Below, piece by piece: positions 35,688 to 44,507 of a stretch of DNA of 64,000 bases. A model generated the notes under the pieces. It saw only the letters and a program-made list of their open reading frames with translations, did not search any database and was not told the origin of the DNA. Position 1 is the stretch's first letter; each line of letters starts with the position of its first letter. A program made the translations under genes and the position numbers. Origin of the DNA: Prorocentrum cordatum (taxonomy: Eukaryota); assembly GCA_963575745.1 (NCBI GenBank), contig CAUYUJ010000294.1:1-64000 (forward strand), written 5' to 3'.

Positions 35688-38226
35688 AGCATCAACAGCA
35701 TCAGCAACAACAACAACGGCAGCAACAACAGCAACAACCAGACAGCTACAGCAGATCGACGCTCTTGAAGTAAGAAAGCGCTTGAACTAGACTGGGATCT
35801 GGGACTCCAGGAGCACGGCAGGTTCGTGTCGTTCCGACCCCAGCGTTAGTTTTTGACACCGCGCTGGATCGTTCAACCTTGAACGATCGGCCGTCTCCGC
35901 AACGTCCGATCGTTCAACATCGACCGATTCTGGGTCGCCGGCGGCGTTCAACCTTGAACGCCCGCGCTGGGGTCGCCGCTGGTCGACACGACGCAAACCT
36001 ACCGTAACCTCTTGGGGCTCCGCACGGATTTCTTGGAACCGCGCTGGACCCCCCTCCCTGGCGCGCGGAGCGCGCCGGGGTCGGCGCCCGAGGCGCCGCC
36101 GGGGGGCCCAGGCGCGGCCCAAGAAACATCCGCGAGGATCGAAGAAATCCTCGAGGAGCGCCAAGAGTCTGCTTCAGCGACCGGCGTGCGCGTGCGGCGC
36201 CTCGCGTCGTATTCACATGCAGCGCGGCGGCGGAGGTACCTCGCTCTTACGGGCTCCCTCCTGCCGCCCGACGGGAGGCGGGCCGGTGGAGACCTCGGTG
36301 CCCCCTCCCGAGCGAGGGCCGAGGGAGGGCGGCCGGGGGAGGAACAAAGAAAGGCGGCACCACCACAACCAGCGCAAGTCGCCAGGGTTCGCCTCCTCCT
36401 CCTCCTCCTCCTCCACCACTTTCTCCTCCTCCTCCTGCTCCTGCTCCTGCTCCTGCTCCTCCTCCTCCTCCATTCCTTTTTCTTATGAACGCCTTCTCCC
36501 TGTTGCACCCCGGGGGCCTGGTTTTAGGGCGGGCTGGACGTTTCGCCTGAGATGTCCTCTCCACTTTTGAATCTGAAGCGTCAAAAGTGGCAACAGTTTC
36601 ACAGATGGAGAGCGGATTGTATTGAAACTGTTGATCTCGCCTTAGCGCAGCGCACAATCGTTTTGAACATGTGCAAGAACTTCAAGGATTGAGGGCGGGT
36701 GGTTTTTCAAAATCTGGCTCTCGCATTAGCGAGGCGCACATTCGGTTTCAACTTCGCAAGAGCTTCACGGATTGAGAGCGGTTCCTTCTCAAAATGTGGC
36801 TCTAGCCTTAGCGCCGCGCACATTCGCATACAACATTTGAAAGAGCTTCACGGATTCCCATCATCAGCGTACCAGAAATGATGCTTTGAAAGGGTTCAGG
36901 ATTACGCTGGCGCAACAGTTGTGTTGATTCGCTGTGTTGAAGTCTCGGGAACGGCGTTCTGGCGCGATAATGGATCGTCAACACTTAACAATCGGGTTGA
37001 TCCGTGGCGTCAGAATCCCGAGGAACATGTTTTGGCATGAGTACGGGTCTTTGAACGGTTGTCTTACAACGAAGCAATTACTTCAATCCAAATGAACCAG
37101 TGTAGGGACCAACGAAGAGGGAGCTTGGAGGGAGAGTGTATTCTAACATTATAAATGACTCTTGGGTTTATACTGGTCCTCCTCCCCCTCCTCCTCCTCC
37201 TCCTCCCCCTCCTCCTCCTCCTCCTCCTCCTCCTCCTCCTCCCCCTCCTCCTCCCCCTCCTCCTCCTCCTCCTCCTTCTCCTCCTCCTCCTCCTCCTCCT
37301 CCACCTGGTGCTTTGGTCCCTAACTCTGGCTTGAGATACATCGTGCACGCCCTCGCTAGAGGCGGCCCCCTGGGTGTAGTCGGTCGCCTATGCTCCGTCC
37401 GATCAGAGAGGATCGATGATCCTCAGAGCGCTTGCCTGTGCTGGATGTGCTTGTCCACCCCGAAGCTCTGCAACACGACGCCGGGGCTGCAACGAGGACC
37501 AGCACGGGCAGCGCGCTGTCGGCGGAGCCGAGCGGGGTAGACCCACACTGCGCTAGCGCTAAAGGATAAACATCTGCATGGCCATCAACTTTCGGAGAGC
37601 TGCGCAGACTTCCTGGATCGGCGATGGAATACCGAAAATTCATGTTCATGCCAACGCGTGGCCATACGAGCAACTGGAACCGCGCGCGTGGGTCGCGCCC
37701 CTAGGTTCTAGCCCAGCCCCGTGCTCTCGAAAAAGAAAGTGGAGGAAACCAAGGAAACATAAAACGGCAAAATACCTCCAGGACCCGTTTCCCTCAGGAC
37801 CCCTGTTATTGATGCGGCGCCGCTCCGAGGGGGAAGTCAGAAGGGGCGGGCCTTCTCAAAGGCTCGGAAGTCCCCGGGCCTTCTGTGGAGTTGTCTGAGC
37901 CTTCCCCGACCACACAGGAATCTTCCCAGAAGGCGCGAGGGCTTCTGAGAAGCCCCGCCGCCTTCAGAGAAGACCTGCTCCAAATCAACCCCCCTTCGCT
38001 CGCCGTCGACAGGAGACCGAGAACAGAGAACAACAATCCTCCAGGATCCGTTTCTCTCAGGGCCACTATTCTTTATGGCGGGGCCACCTGCGCGCCCCCA
38101 TCCTCCGTCGATCCTCGACGGCACGGTCCCTCTCCCCCCTCCGCCTCCGCGGCAGCCATCTGCCTTTCCACCCGCCCTCATGCGCGCCCAGTGCCCGGCG
38201 CGGACCTCCAGCTTGCTCAGACGCGC
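2684..38226 (-). CDS. SPOC-domain protein, 3' part; spliced model with exons 38206-38226, 30411-30500, 18414-18470, 12172-12249, 10393-10448, 4291-4341, 2684-2753
   Basis: Seven exons join in frame. All acceptors are AG|G and donors are GT, GC, GC, GA, GT, GT. Product: [140 protein letters not shown]. The pattern 'L.I..R ... Y..L..YF..K.RVG......Y..PP' matches the SPOC fold of Spen/FPA/PHF3-type proteins (recognised by eye). No start codon found. Confidence 0.8.
2801..2954. mobile_element. MITE family B (second copy at 10195-10346)
   Basis: ~28-bp TIRs CCAGCCTAGAACATATCTCCCTATCCCTA ... TAGGGATAGGGATACGTTCGAGGCTGG, with TA on both sides in this copy (Tc1/mariner-type target). Confidence 0.85.
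3065..3225 (+). repeat. Dispersed repeat family E; copies at ~9243-9463, 30950-31062, 31787-32036, 46365-46530
   Basis: Shared GGGGCCCTGGGAC...GGATTCCC...CCCCCCACTTCCCATAT...GGGGARTCGACG...CCCCTCCTGA; all five copies in the same orientation. Confidence 0.85.
4291..4341 (-). CDS. SPOC gene exon ([16 protein letters not shown])
   Basis: CAG|G acceptor and GA|GT donor; completes RVG-LVQ upstream and TEE-YL downstream. Confidence 0.85.
4985..5300 (+). mobile_element. Decayed retroelement RNase H fragment
   Basis: [39 protein letters not shown] matches RNase H LPG..QT..RAEL...AL...TD. Confidence 0.6.
6290..6910. repeat. (ATC)n/(CCT)n microsatellite island
   Basis: Seen directly. Confidence 0.95.
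6926..7190 (+). repeat. Dispersed repeat, second copy at ~38372-38590
   Basis: Shared CGGGGGACTCGRGTTGGCCTGACGGGGCCATCAT...GACGCGCTCRTC...AAAACGTCGGC. Confidence 0.75.
10393..10448 (-). CDS. SPOC gene exon ([18 protein letters not shown])
   Basis: GAG|G acceptor and GG|GT donor; carries the SPOC 'Y..L..YF..K.R.G' helix. Confidence 0.85.
12172..12249 (-). CDS. SPOC gene exon ([26 protein letters not shown])
   Basis: GAG|G acceptor and AAG|GA donor (dinoflagellate-type GA donor); 78 nt, phase 0 at both ends. Confidence 0.8.
13536..13888. mobile_element. Two adjacent ~120-bp MITEs, family F (13536-13653, 13768-13888); decayed copies at ~51470-51570 and 51687-51970
   Basis: TIR ATCGCTCGGACGT ... 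ACGTCCGAGCGAT. Confidence 0.8.
14305..15076 (+). repeat. Composite repeat with ~40-bp internal tandem units and a poly(A) run; inverted copy at ~17662-18295
   Basis: Ends AAGCTAGGTGCGATCGCGTCATATCTGAC and TGTGTAATTGTGGAGG recur as reverse complements at ~18260-18290 and ~17665-17680; internal GCTGCAGCGGGAGCACGATTCGGAACG units are shared. Confidence 0.8.
18414..18470 (-). CDS. SPOC gene exon ([19 protein letters not shown])
   Basis: CAG|G acceptor and AAG|GC donor; 57 nt, phase 0 at both ends. Confidence 0.8.
20930..21970. repeat. (GAG)n purine island with an ~85-bp direct repeat near its ends (~20990-21075 and ~21815-21895)
   Basis: GAGAAAATGGAGGAGGGCGAGGCGGAGGACGCAGGAGAAGG occurs twice. 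Confidence 0.9.
22032..24605 (-). mobile_element. Decayed non-LTR (LINE-like) retroelement: RT C-terminal part, RNase H and C-terminal Cys motifs
   Basis: Frameshifted peptides RYLGVDF...[18 protein letters not shown] (RT end/thumb), ARFSDGSC...WICIDC...KAHV...[11 protein letters not shown] (RNase H D/D/H/N..AD pattern) and WQCKLC, LLFCKKC...KVC...KHP. Confidence 0.8.
24740..25345 (+). mobile_element. LINE-like RNase H fragment inserted antisense into the 22-28 kb element
   Basis: RRFWKCPCN...WCRGLMP, then [18 protein letters not shown] and [22 protein letters not shown] (RNase H LPG..Q...RAEL motif). Confidence 0.7.
25548..27560. repeat. 2-kb degenerate (GAG)n purine island
   Basis: Seen directly; it is the source of the 700-900 aa low-complexity ORFs. 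Confidence 0.95.
27570..28526 (-). mobile_element. Probable 5'/ORF1-like part of the same retroelement, directly downstream of the SL relics
   Basis: Intronless Ala-rich coding-like sequence with stops and frameshifts, on the same strand as the RT relic and separated from it by a (GAG)n island and another insertion. The link is inferred. Confidence 0.45.
28527..28557 (-). other. Two tandem dinoflagellate spliced-leader (DinoSL) relics
   Basis: Minus strand reads GCCATTTTGGGTCAAG-CCATTTTGGCTCAAG. DinoSL is DCCGTAGCCATTTTGGCTCAAG; one copy is an exact 15-mer and the other has one mismatch. Confidence 0.9.
29011..29480 (-). pseudogene. 5'-truncated intronless ORF fragment (…[16 protein letters not shown]…), possibly a retroelement ORF1 C-terminus
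   Basis: About 150 codons of non-repetitive, protein-like sequence with no splice structure, cut upstream by a microsatellite island. Identity is inference only. Confidence 0.4.
30411..30500 (-). CDS. SPOC gene exon ([30 protein letters not shown])
   Basis: GAG|G acceptor and AAG|GC donor; 90 nt; strong GC3 bias. Confidence 0.8.
31521..31748. repeat. Head-to-tail dimer of a ~113-bp palindrome-rich unit; near-identical dimer at 57633-57860
   Basis: Unit CGCCCGAGTTATCCGGGGTAACTCGGGTCCGGGGTAACTCGGG...ACCCGAGTTA...TGATGATTCGGGGCTCTG, twice at each locus. Confidence 0.9.
34170..34700 (+). repeat. Degenerate GGCCCCAAGA-type minisatellite element; relatives at ~8300-8660, 16240-16740 (inverted), 53030-53400
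   Basis: Repeated ~10-11-nt GCCCCAAGAG/GCCCAAGAC motifs. Confidence 0.7.
35814..36006. mobile_element. MITE family C (~190 bp); other copies at ~20711-20888, 32053-32249, partial at 30880-30930 and 58487-58605
   Basis: TIRs ACGGCAGGTTCGYGTCG ... CGACRCRAACCTACCGT and a shared core TTGAACGATCGGCCGT. Confidence 0.8.
38206..38226 (-). CDS. SPOC gene micro-exon (ARLSKLE), the most 5' exon found
   Basis: GCAG|G acceptor and GAG|GT donor; 21 nt in frame. It is short, so chance is not excluded. Confidence 0.55.
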
Positions 38227-39575
38227 CTGCGCTCGCCGGCGCCGCCGATGGAAAGTTTTTGAGGGCGGATGGTGTAAACTACACAACCCTGAAGTGTTCG
38301 CAGGTCCGCGGACTTCTAGGAACGGCGCCAGATCTGCTTGCGGAACGTTCATGCTTATTTCGGGCAGATGTAAGACTCGGGTACGGGGGACTCGAGTTGG
38401 CCTGACGGGGCCATCATAAAAAATGGCGAGACCCTATCTGAAATTTGACGCGAAGTCCCGCTGAAAACACCAAAAGACAACCAGTGCGTCAAAATCCAGG
38501 ACGCGCTCGTCAGAAAACGTCGGCAGACCCGAGCTCTGGCTTACTCGCGTCTTACGCTTTCCCGATTACGACGCGTCTGCGTCAATACGACTTCAAATCG
38601 CCGGCACACGCTTACGGATCCGCGGATCTGGCGCGTGGGCGACAGCAGATTTCGGGGTAGGCTCCCCCAGGGCATGAGGCCAGTGCCGCCTGTTTTGGCG
38701 ACGGAGCGCGCAAAGTCTGCACCGCCCATCGATAATCCACTCGCCTCGTTTAGATCGCCGAAACTCCACCTTTATAAAATGCACGTTTGATCTGCAGGGC
38801 GAGAGCGAACCTCTTCCGCTGAAAGCTAAGCGGGACGCGCACAGCTTTCATTAGCAGAGAAAGGGCGGAAGAAGGCGGGGCTTCACGCGGCCAGGAGCGG
38901 GCGGAGCCCGGGGATCAGGCGGACCTGTTATAAAATACATCCGAACAAGCGAAGCCGTTTAGTAGACGCACCCAAGGAGAGAATCGAACAGGGCAGGGCC
39001 GTATGGCAAAGGCCCATGGCCGCTTAGCAAACGACAAATGATTGGGGTTGGGGTGGGTTTCCCTCCCTGCTTTAGGGGGCGAAGAACGGTACAGCATACA
39101 CTTTCGCGGAACCGCGTGGCTAATCACTGCCGTTGCCACACAGCTCACGGCGGTGCCCGTTCTCTCGCCTCTGCGCGGCAATTACTACAGCCCCTCGGAG
39201 CCACCAGATCAGCGCCACATGAACTTGTTTCCGTCGTCGGGGACGCCTGCCCCCCAGGCGGCTGCCAACTCTTTACACCAGGAAGGCTCCAACGTCGATC
39301 CCATCAATATGCGCGGACCTCGGAGAAAGCGTGTTCATGCAGTTTGTTGTTGCTCGTCTTCGAGAAAAGGCGAGCAGGAAGAAGAGAGGGACGGGTTAAG
39401 GTCAGAACCTCCTCCGCGGCCGGTCGGTCGATGATGGTTCAAGGAAACGTCCATAACCCACACTGAAGGCTGGGCAAGCAGATAAGAGGTTGACAGTTCT
39501 ACGGGAGGGGACCATGGCACGGGCGGCAAGCTAGGATAGGCAGCAAGCCCCAAGATCTGCCAGCCCCAGGATCTG

Positions 39576-42500
39576 CATATTCCTCTATGGGGCCGTGAAC
39601 GGGATTTATCCCCTGCCGGCTGACGGTGCCTACCAATGTCAGTAATCTATTACTCTGTGGCGTCAGTTGCCAACCCAGTACACCAATGCACCAAGGGTGA
39701 CGGTTCGACCCGTGCCGCCGCGGTGTCACATGTGCCGCCGCGGCGTCACTCATGAGGTCGTTCCCGCTCCCCGCCCTGAAGCCGAGCTCTCCAAGGACGG
39801 GTATGTAAAACCCTCCCAGCCACCTCCGTCTGCCACTTTGGGCGCAGGTGTGTGGCTGGGCCTACTCCCTCTCCTCCTCCTCACCCCCCCCCCGCCTTTC
39901 TTGAAGGATGGGTACAGCCGCCGTCCAATCTACACGTCCGGAGCAGCGGCCCTCGCCGATGGCTGTCGAGGGGTCGCCTTGGATCGTCACCCCCTGTCGC
40001 TTTCCTTCGGCTTCAGGTCCCCCGGTCAGGCCGCTTTCCTCTTTCAGGTTTCCCGTTTCAGGTGCCCCTGTCAGGACTTTTGGCCGCAGATCCGAGGTTC
40101 GAGGCGTCCACTTCTTGCTGTGTCTTTTTCGTCGTGTGCCCCCAGGGTGCGTGGTCGCGTGTGTGCGTGTGCGTGTGTGTGCGTGTGTGTGTTTGTGTTT
40201 GTTTGTGTTTTGTGTGTCGTGTGTGTGTCGTGGGTTACGGGTGTATGCCCCTGCGGGTACTCCACCCCATGGGAGAAAACCAATAAGTGCCTTTGGGTGT
40301 ACCGATCCATCCATGTTTTTTGGGTGTACCGGCCTATCCGCTGTCGGATCTCCGTGCTGTTGGGTGTACCGGTCCCTCCGTGCTGGCGGAGAAAATAAAT
40401 CGCGCCCGCGGGGGGGGGTACAGGTCGTGGTCTGGCCTGTGACCCTTGTTGGCCTCCGGGGGCCTCCTCTGGTCACTGGGCTTCGGCCGGGTTGACGTCA
40501 CCACGTGTCGTTTTCGCACTCCAGGTGGTGCATCCCTGCCGCTGCACGCTCCCAGGGTGCCATGATGCAGCTTCGCTGCCAGCTACCTTGTGATACGAAA
40601 TCTGTGTATTTCGTATCTTCCGGGTCCGGGGGCCGACCCCCCCCGAGGCGTGCACATTTGTCCTCGTCTCTGCCTCGCTCTCTCTCTCTCTCTCTTCTCT
40701 CCCTCTCTCTCTCTCTTTCTGCCTCTGTTTTTTGAACGGGGCTCCTTTGGAACATAGGCGGGGGACAGACGTTGTTTTTAAGTCCCCTTTTCAAGTATTC
40801 CCCCGAGGACGTTGCTGCCGGACATCCGCTTCGAATTTCTGCCCTCTTCCCCCACCCACACCCCGGTGAGGACCATCATAGGCCTCACCAGTGAGGACCA
40901 TCATAGGCCTCACACCCCTTGCGGCTGCCATCATAGGGGCCGCGGGGGTCGCCCTCTCCCACCAATACACCAATACACCAATACTTCACGGCGTCAATAG
41001 CCAATGGAGGGGGCCGAGGACCTCCCTGCAGCCCCATCGGCCAACGAAGACGGCTGCAGGGAGGGGTCCAAACGTACCTCCACCTTCATGCACCAATCCA
41101 CCAACACACCAGTAAACCAACTCCTCATATTCCTCCATGGGGCCGTGAACGGGATTTACCCCCTGCCGGCTGACGGTGCCTGTCAATGTCAGTATTCTAT
41201 TACTCTGTGGCGTCAGTTGCCAACCCAGTACACCAATGCACCAAGGGTGACGGTTCGACCCGTGCCGCCGCGGTGTCACATGTGCCGCCGCGGCGTCACT
41301 CATGAGGTCGTTCCCGCTCCCCGCCCTGAAGCCGAGCTCTCCAAGGACGGGTATGTAAAACCCTCCCAGCCACCTCCGTCTGCCACTTGGGGCGCAGGTG
41401 TGTGGCTGGGCCTACTCCCCCTCCTCCTCCTCACCCCCCCCCCGCCTTTCTTGAAGGATGGGTACAGCCGCCGTCCAATCTACACGTCCGGAGCAGCGGC
41501 CCTCGCCGAGAGCTGTCGAGGGGCCGCCTTGGATCGTCCCCCCCTGTCGCTTTCCTTCGGCTTCAGGTCCCCCGGTCAGGCCGCTTTCCTCTTTCAGGTT
41601 TCCCGTTTCAGGTGCCCCTGTCAGGACTTTTGGCCGCTGATCCAAGGTTCGAGGCGTCCACTTCTTGCTGTGTCTTTTTCGTCGTGTGCCCCCGGGGTGC
41701 GTGGTCGCGTGTGTGCGTGTGCGTGTGTGTGCGTGTGTGTGTGTGCGTCGTGTGTGTGTGTGTGTGTGTCGTGGGTTACAGGTGTATGCCCCTGCGGGTA
41801 CTCCACCGCATGGGAGAAAGCCAATCAGTGCCTTTGGGTGTACCGATCCATCCATGTTTTTTGGGTGTACCGGCCTATCCGCTGTCGGATCTCCGTGCTG
41901 TTGGGTGTACCGGTCCCTCCGTGCTGGCGGAGAAAATAAACCGCGCCCGCGGGGGGGGGTACAGGTCGTGGATACCTATGGCCTGTGACCCTTGTTGGCT
42001 TCCGGGGGCCTCCTCTGGCCACTGGGCTTCGGCCGGGTTGACGTCACCACGTGTCGCTTTCGCACTCCAGGTGGTGCATCCCTGCCGCTGCACGCTCCCA
42101 GGGTGCCATGATGCAGCTTCGCTGCCAGCTACCTTGTGATACGAAATCTGTGTATTTCGTATCTTCCGGGTCCGGGGGCCGACCCCCCCCGAGGCGTGCA
42201 CATTTGTCCTTGTCTCTGTCTCTCTTCTCTCCCTCTCTCTCTCTCTCTTTGTTTCTCTCTCTCTCTCTCTCTCTCTCTTATCTCCCTCTCTGTCTCTCTC
42301 TCTGCCTCTGCTTCTTGAACGGGGCTCCTCTGGATCATAGGCGGAGGACAGACGTTGTTTTTAAGTCCCCTTTTCAGGTATTCCCCCCAGGACGTTGCTG
42401 CCGGACATCCGCTTCGACTTTCTGCGCTCTTCCCCCACCCACACCCCGGTGAGGACCATCATAGGCCTCACCAGTGAGGACCATCATAGGCCTCACACCC

Positions 42501-43809
42501 CCTGCGGCTGCCATCATAGGGGCCGCGGGGGTCGCCCTCTCCCACCAATACACCAATACACCAATACTTCACGGCGTCAATAGCCAATGGAGGGGGCTGA
42601 GGACCTCCCTGCAGCCCCTCGGCCAACGAAGACGGCTGCAGGGAGGGGTCCAAACGTACCTCCACCTTCATGCACCAATCCACCAACACACCAGTAAACC
42701 AACTCCTCATATTCCTCCATGGGGCCGCGAACGGGATTTATCCCCTGCCAGCTGACGGTGCCTGTCAATGTCAGTAATCTATTACTCTGTGGCGTCAGTT
42801 GCCAACCCAGTACACCAATGCACCAAGGGTGACGGTTCGACCCGTGCCGCCGCGGTGTCACATGTGCCGCCGCGGCGTCACTCATGAGGTCGTTCCCGCT
42901 CCCCGCCCTGAAGCCGAGCTCTCCAAAGACGGGTGTGTAAAACCCTCCCAGCCACCTCCGTCTGCCACTTGGGGCGCAGGTGTGTGGCTGGGCCTACTCC
43001 CCCTCCTCCTCCTCACCGTACCCCCCCCCGCCTTTCTTGAAGGATGGGTACAGCCGCCGTCCAATCTACACGTCCGGAGCAGCGGCCCTCGCCGAGAGCT
43101 GTCCAGGGGCCGCCTTGGATCGTCCCCCCCTGTCGCTTTCCTTCGGCTTCAGGTCCCCCGGTCAGGCCGCTTTCCTCTTTCAGATTTCCCGTTTCAGGTG
43201 CCCCTGTCAGGACTTTTGGCCGCAGATCCGAGGTTCGAGGCGTCCACTTCTTGCTGTGTCTTTTTCGTCGTGTGCCCCCGGGGTGCGTGGTCGCGTGTGT
43301 GCGTGTGCGTGTGTGTGCGTGTGTGTGTGTGTGTGTGTGTCGTGTGTGTGTGTGTCGTGGGTTACGGGTGTATGCCCCTGCGGGTACTCCACCGCATGGG
43401 AGAAAGTCAATAAGTGCCTTTGGGTGTACCGATCCATCCATGTTTTTTGGGTGTACCGGCCTATCCGCTGTCGGATCTCCGTGCTGTTGGGTGTACCAGT
43501 CCCTCCGTGCTGGCGGAGAAAATAAACCGCGCCCGCGGGGGGGGGTACAGGTCGTGGATACCTCTGGCCTGTGACCCTTGTTGGCCTCCGGGGGCCTCCT
43601 CTGGTCACTGGGCTTCGGCCGGGTTGACGTCACCACGTGTCGCTTTCGCACTCCAGGTGGTGCATCCCTGCCGCTGCACGCTCCCAGGGTGCCATGATGC
43701 AGCTTCGCTGCCAGCTACCTTGTGATACGAAATCTGTGTATTTCGTATCTTCCGGGTCCGGGGGCCGACCCCCCCCGAGGCGTGCACATTTGTCCTCGTC
43801 TCTGTCTCG

Positions 43810-43849
<40 letters not shown>

Positions 43850-44283
43850 TCTCTCCCTCTCTCTCTCTGCCTCTGCTTCTTGAACGGGGCTCCTCTGGAT
43901 CATAGGCGGAGGACAGACGTTGTTTTTAAGTCCCCTTTTCAGGTATTCCCCCCAGGACGTTGCTGCCGGACATCCGCTTCGACTTTCTGCACTCTTCCCC
44001 CACACCCGCCCCGGTGAGGACCATCATAGGCCTCACCAGTGAGGACCATCATAGGCCTCACACCCCCTGCGGCTGCCATCATAGGGGCCGCGGGGGTCGC
44101 CCTCTCCCACCAATACACCAATACACCAATACTTCACGGCGTCAATAGCCAATGGAGGGGGCCGAGGACCTCCCTGCAGCCCCTCGGCCAACGAAGACGG
44201 CTGCAGGGAGGGGTCCAAACGTACCTCCACCTTTATGCACCAATCTACCAACACACCAGTAAACCAACTCCTCATATTCCTCC
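39576..44283. repeat. Tandem array of three ~1.56-kb units (starts at 39576, 41126, 42708; stub at 44273)
   Basis: Units of 1550, 1582 and 1565 bp, each starting CATATTCCTC. They are highly similar and differ mainly in internal (GT)n and (CT)n tracts plus scattered substitutions. Confidence 0.95.
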
Positions 44284-44377
44284 TCCCCCCACTCCTCCCC
44301 CTCCCCCTCCTCCCCCCCCCTCCTCCCTCCACGCTTCCCCCTCCCCCTCACTGCCGCCCCCCCATCCTACTCACTGC

Positions 44378-44507
44378 TCAGCCCGCGCCCGTGCCGTTCA
44401 GCGCCGCGTTCGCGTCCACGGCCCGCTGCAGCGCCGCGGCGGCGCGCGGTCCGAAGGCCAGGCCCTTGTCGGGGTGCAGCAGGAGGAGCAGCCGGCGGAA
44501 CTCCCGC
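44378..44507 (-). CDS. DUF4126-J gene terminal exon with J-domain HPD motif (REFRRLLLLLHPDKGLAFGPRAAAALQRAVDANAALNGTGAG*)
   Basis: CAG|G acceptor, HPDK motif, TGA at 44380-44378. Confidence 0.85.

Noticed and set aside
39667..43525. ORFs of 180-311 aa in the tandem array
   Set aside because: Frames differ between units with the (GT)n tract length, and no domain is recognisable; no evidence of coding constraint.
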